From positions 1,922,001 to 1,986,000 of the forward strand of contig JBNJNM010000011.1 in assembly GCA_052426225.1 (NCBI GenBank): 64,000 nt of DNA, in the 5' to 3' direction. The notes under the pieces were generated by a model that was not told the DNA's origin, did no database searches, and saw only the letters and a list, made by a program, of their open reading frames with translations. The stretch's first letter is position 1. Every line of letters starts with the position of its first letter. This stretch comes from Zancudomyces culisetae HAW-14-8 (taxonomy: Eukaryota > Fungi > Kickxellomycota). This document shows, one piece after another, positions 63,231 through 64,000 of the stretch. Position numbers and translations under genes: made by a program.

Positions 63231-64000
63231 ATTATTTTTTGGTATTGGTATTATGTAATATTTAGTAGGGATGGAGATTTTTGTATGAGTTCAACTTAGA
63301 GTTTTTACCAAGTTCTTACTTTTAAATTACATAATACTATTATACTTTTATTAAAATCATAGGATATAGTATCAATATAAAAATACAGGATAAAATAAAC
63401 ACGGCATTTACCAAATATGAAGACTTTAAGCTAAAGCCCTTAAACAGAGCCTATAACAACAACATCCTATTAAATTGTAATAAATTTATGAATCTCTAGT
63501 AGCATAAGCGACAGTCGAATTAGAATATTAAATATAAAAGTAAACTCATACCCCAAACCTAACAATCCTGTGATAGTTAATTGAATTTGTTCAGATTTAA
63601 AGAACAAGTAGGTTTTGAACTGACCAACACATTACCCAAGTCGTTAAAAGCCCAAATAAAATATCCTACTTAAAGCAAAATCCATCTAATAATATATAAT
63701 TTCCTGAAGACTTTGCAATATCTAATATGTGACTAAATTATTTTGAATTAAATTAATATTTAAGCTAATATCGATTTGTAAAATAAAGCATAAAAAAAAA
63801 TTAATCACAAACAATATTTAAAATAATCTAAAGTTTGAAACATTATACTATAAAGTACTTGTTGTTTCTAAATATATAATTTATTTAAAGCATTAAAATG
63901 GTTACATCGATTATTATACAAATTTAATAATAAAGCCAAGAGTTTATTTTTTTGCTAGAGAAGCGACGAAATTTCTCTTATTCTAGCTTAAAAAAAGAAA

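Overview
AT-rich eukaryotic genomic DNA with GT-AG introns and Pol III tRNA genes. It is fungal, and the gene style suggests an early-diverging, Harpellales-like insect-gut fungus (inference only). Two compartment types alternate. About 1-28 kb and 45-56 kb carry conserved housekeeping genes: a Siw14/OCA-type phosphatase, TAF4, NDUFB4, ESS2/DGCR14, a DUF2045/KIAA0930-like gene, DBF4, RVB1, MON2 and ATG4. About 29-45 kb and 56-64 kb are gene-sparse and hold secreted lineage-specific proteins, an MFS transporter, tRNAs and degenerate repeats. Main observations: (1) two paralogous ~50-aa Cys-rich microproteins missed by the ORF track share a CTH-x(4-8)-CPxECxCLCxxC motif and flank DBF4-RVB1; (2) tRNA-Ala and tRNA-Lys are separated by only 2 nt; (3) a tRNA-bounded, inverted-repeat-flanked ~3 kb AT-rich core is either a centromere candidate or a foldback element; (4) a polybasic-site-processed Pro-Ala/Pro-Glu repeat polyprotein; (5) a secreted protein with an acidic repeat pro-segment and a cationic crystallin-like domain; (6) a predicted GPI-anchored pseudo-trypsin; (7) strong G/C strand-skew domains that flip inside genes. 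All exon boundaries, alignments and composition statements were made by eye.
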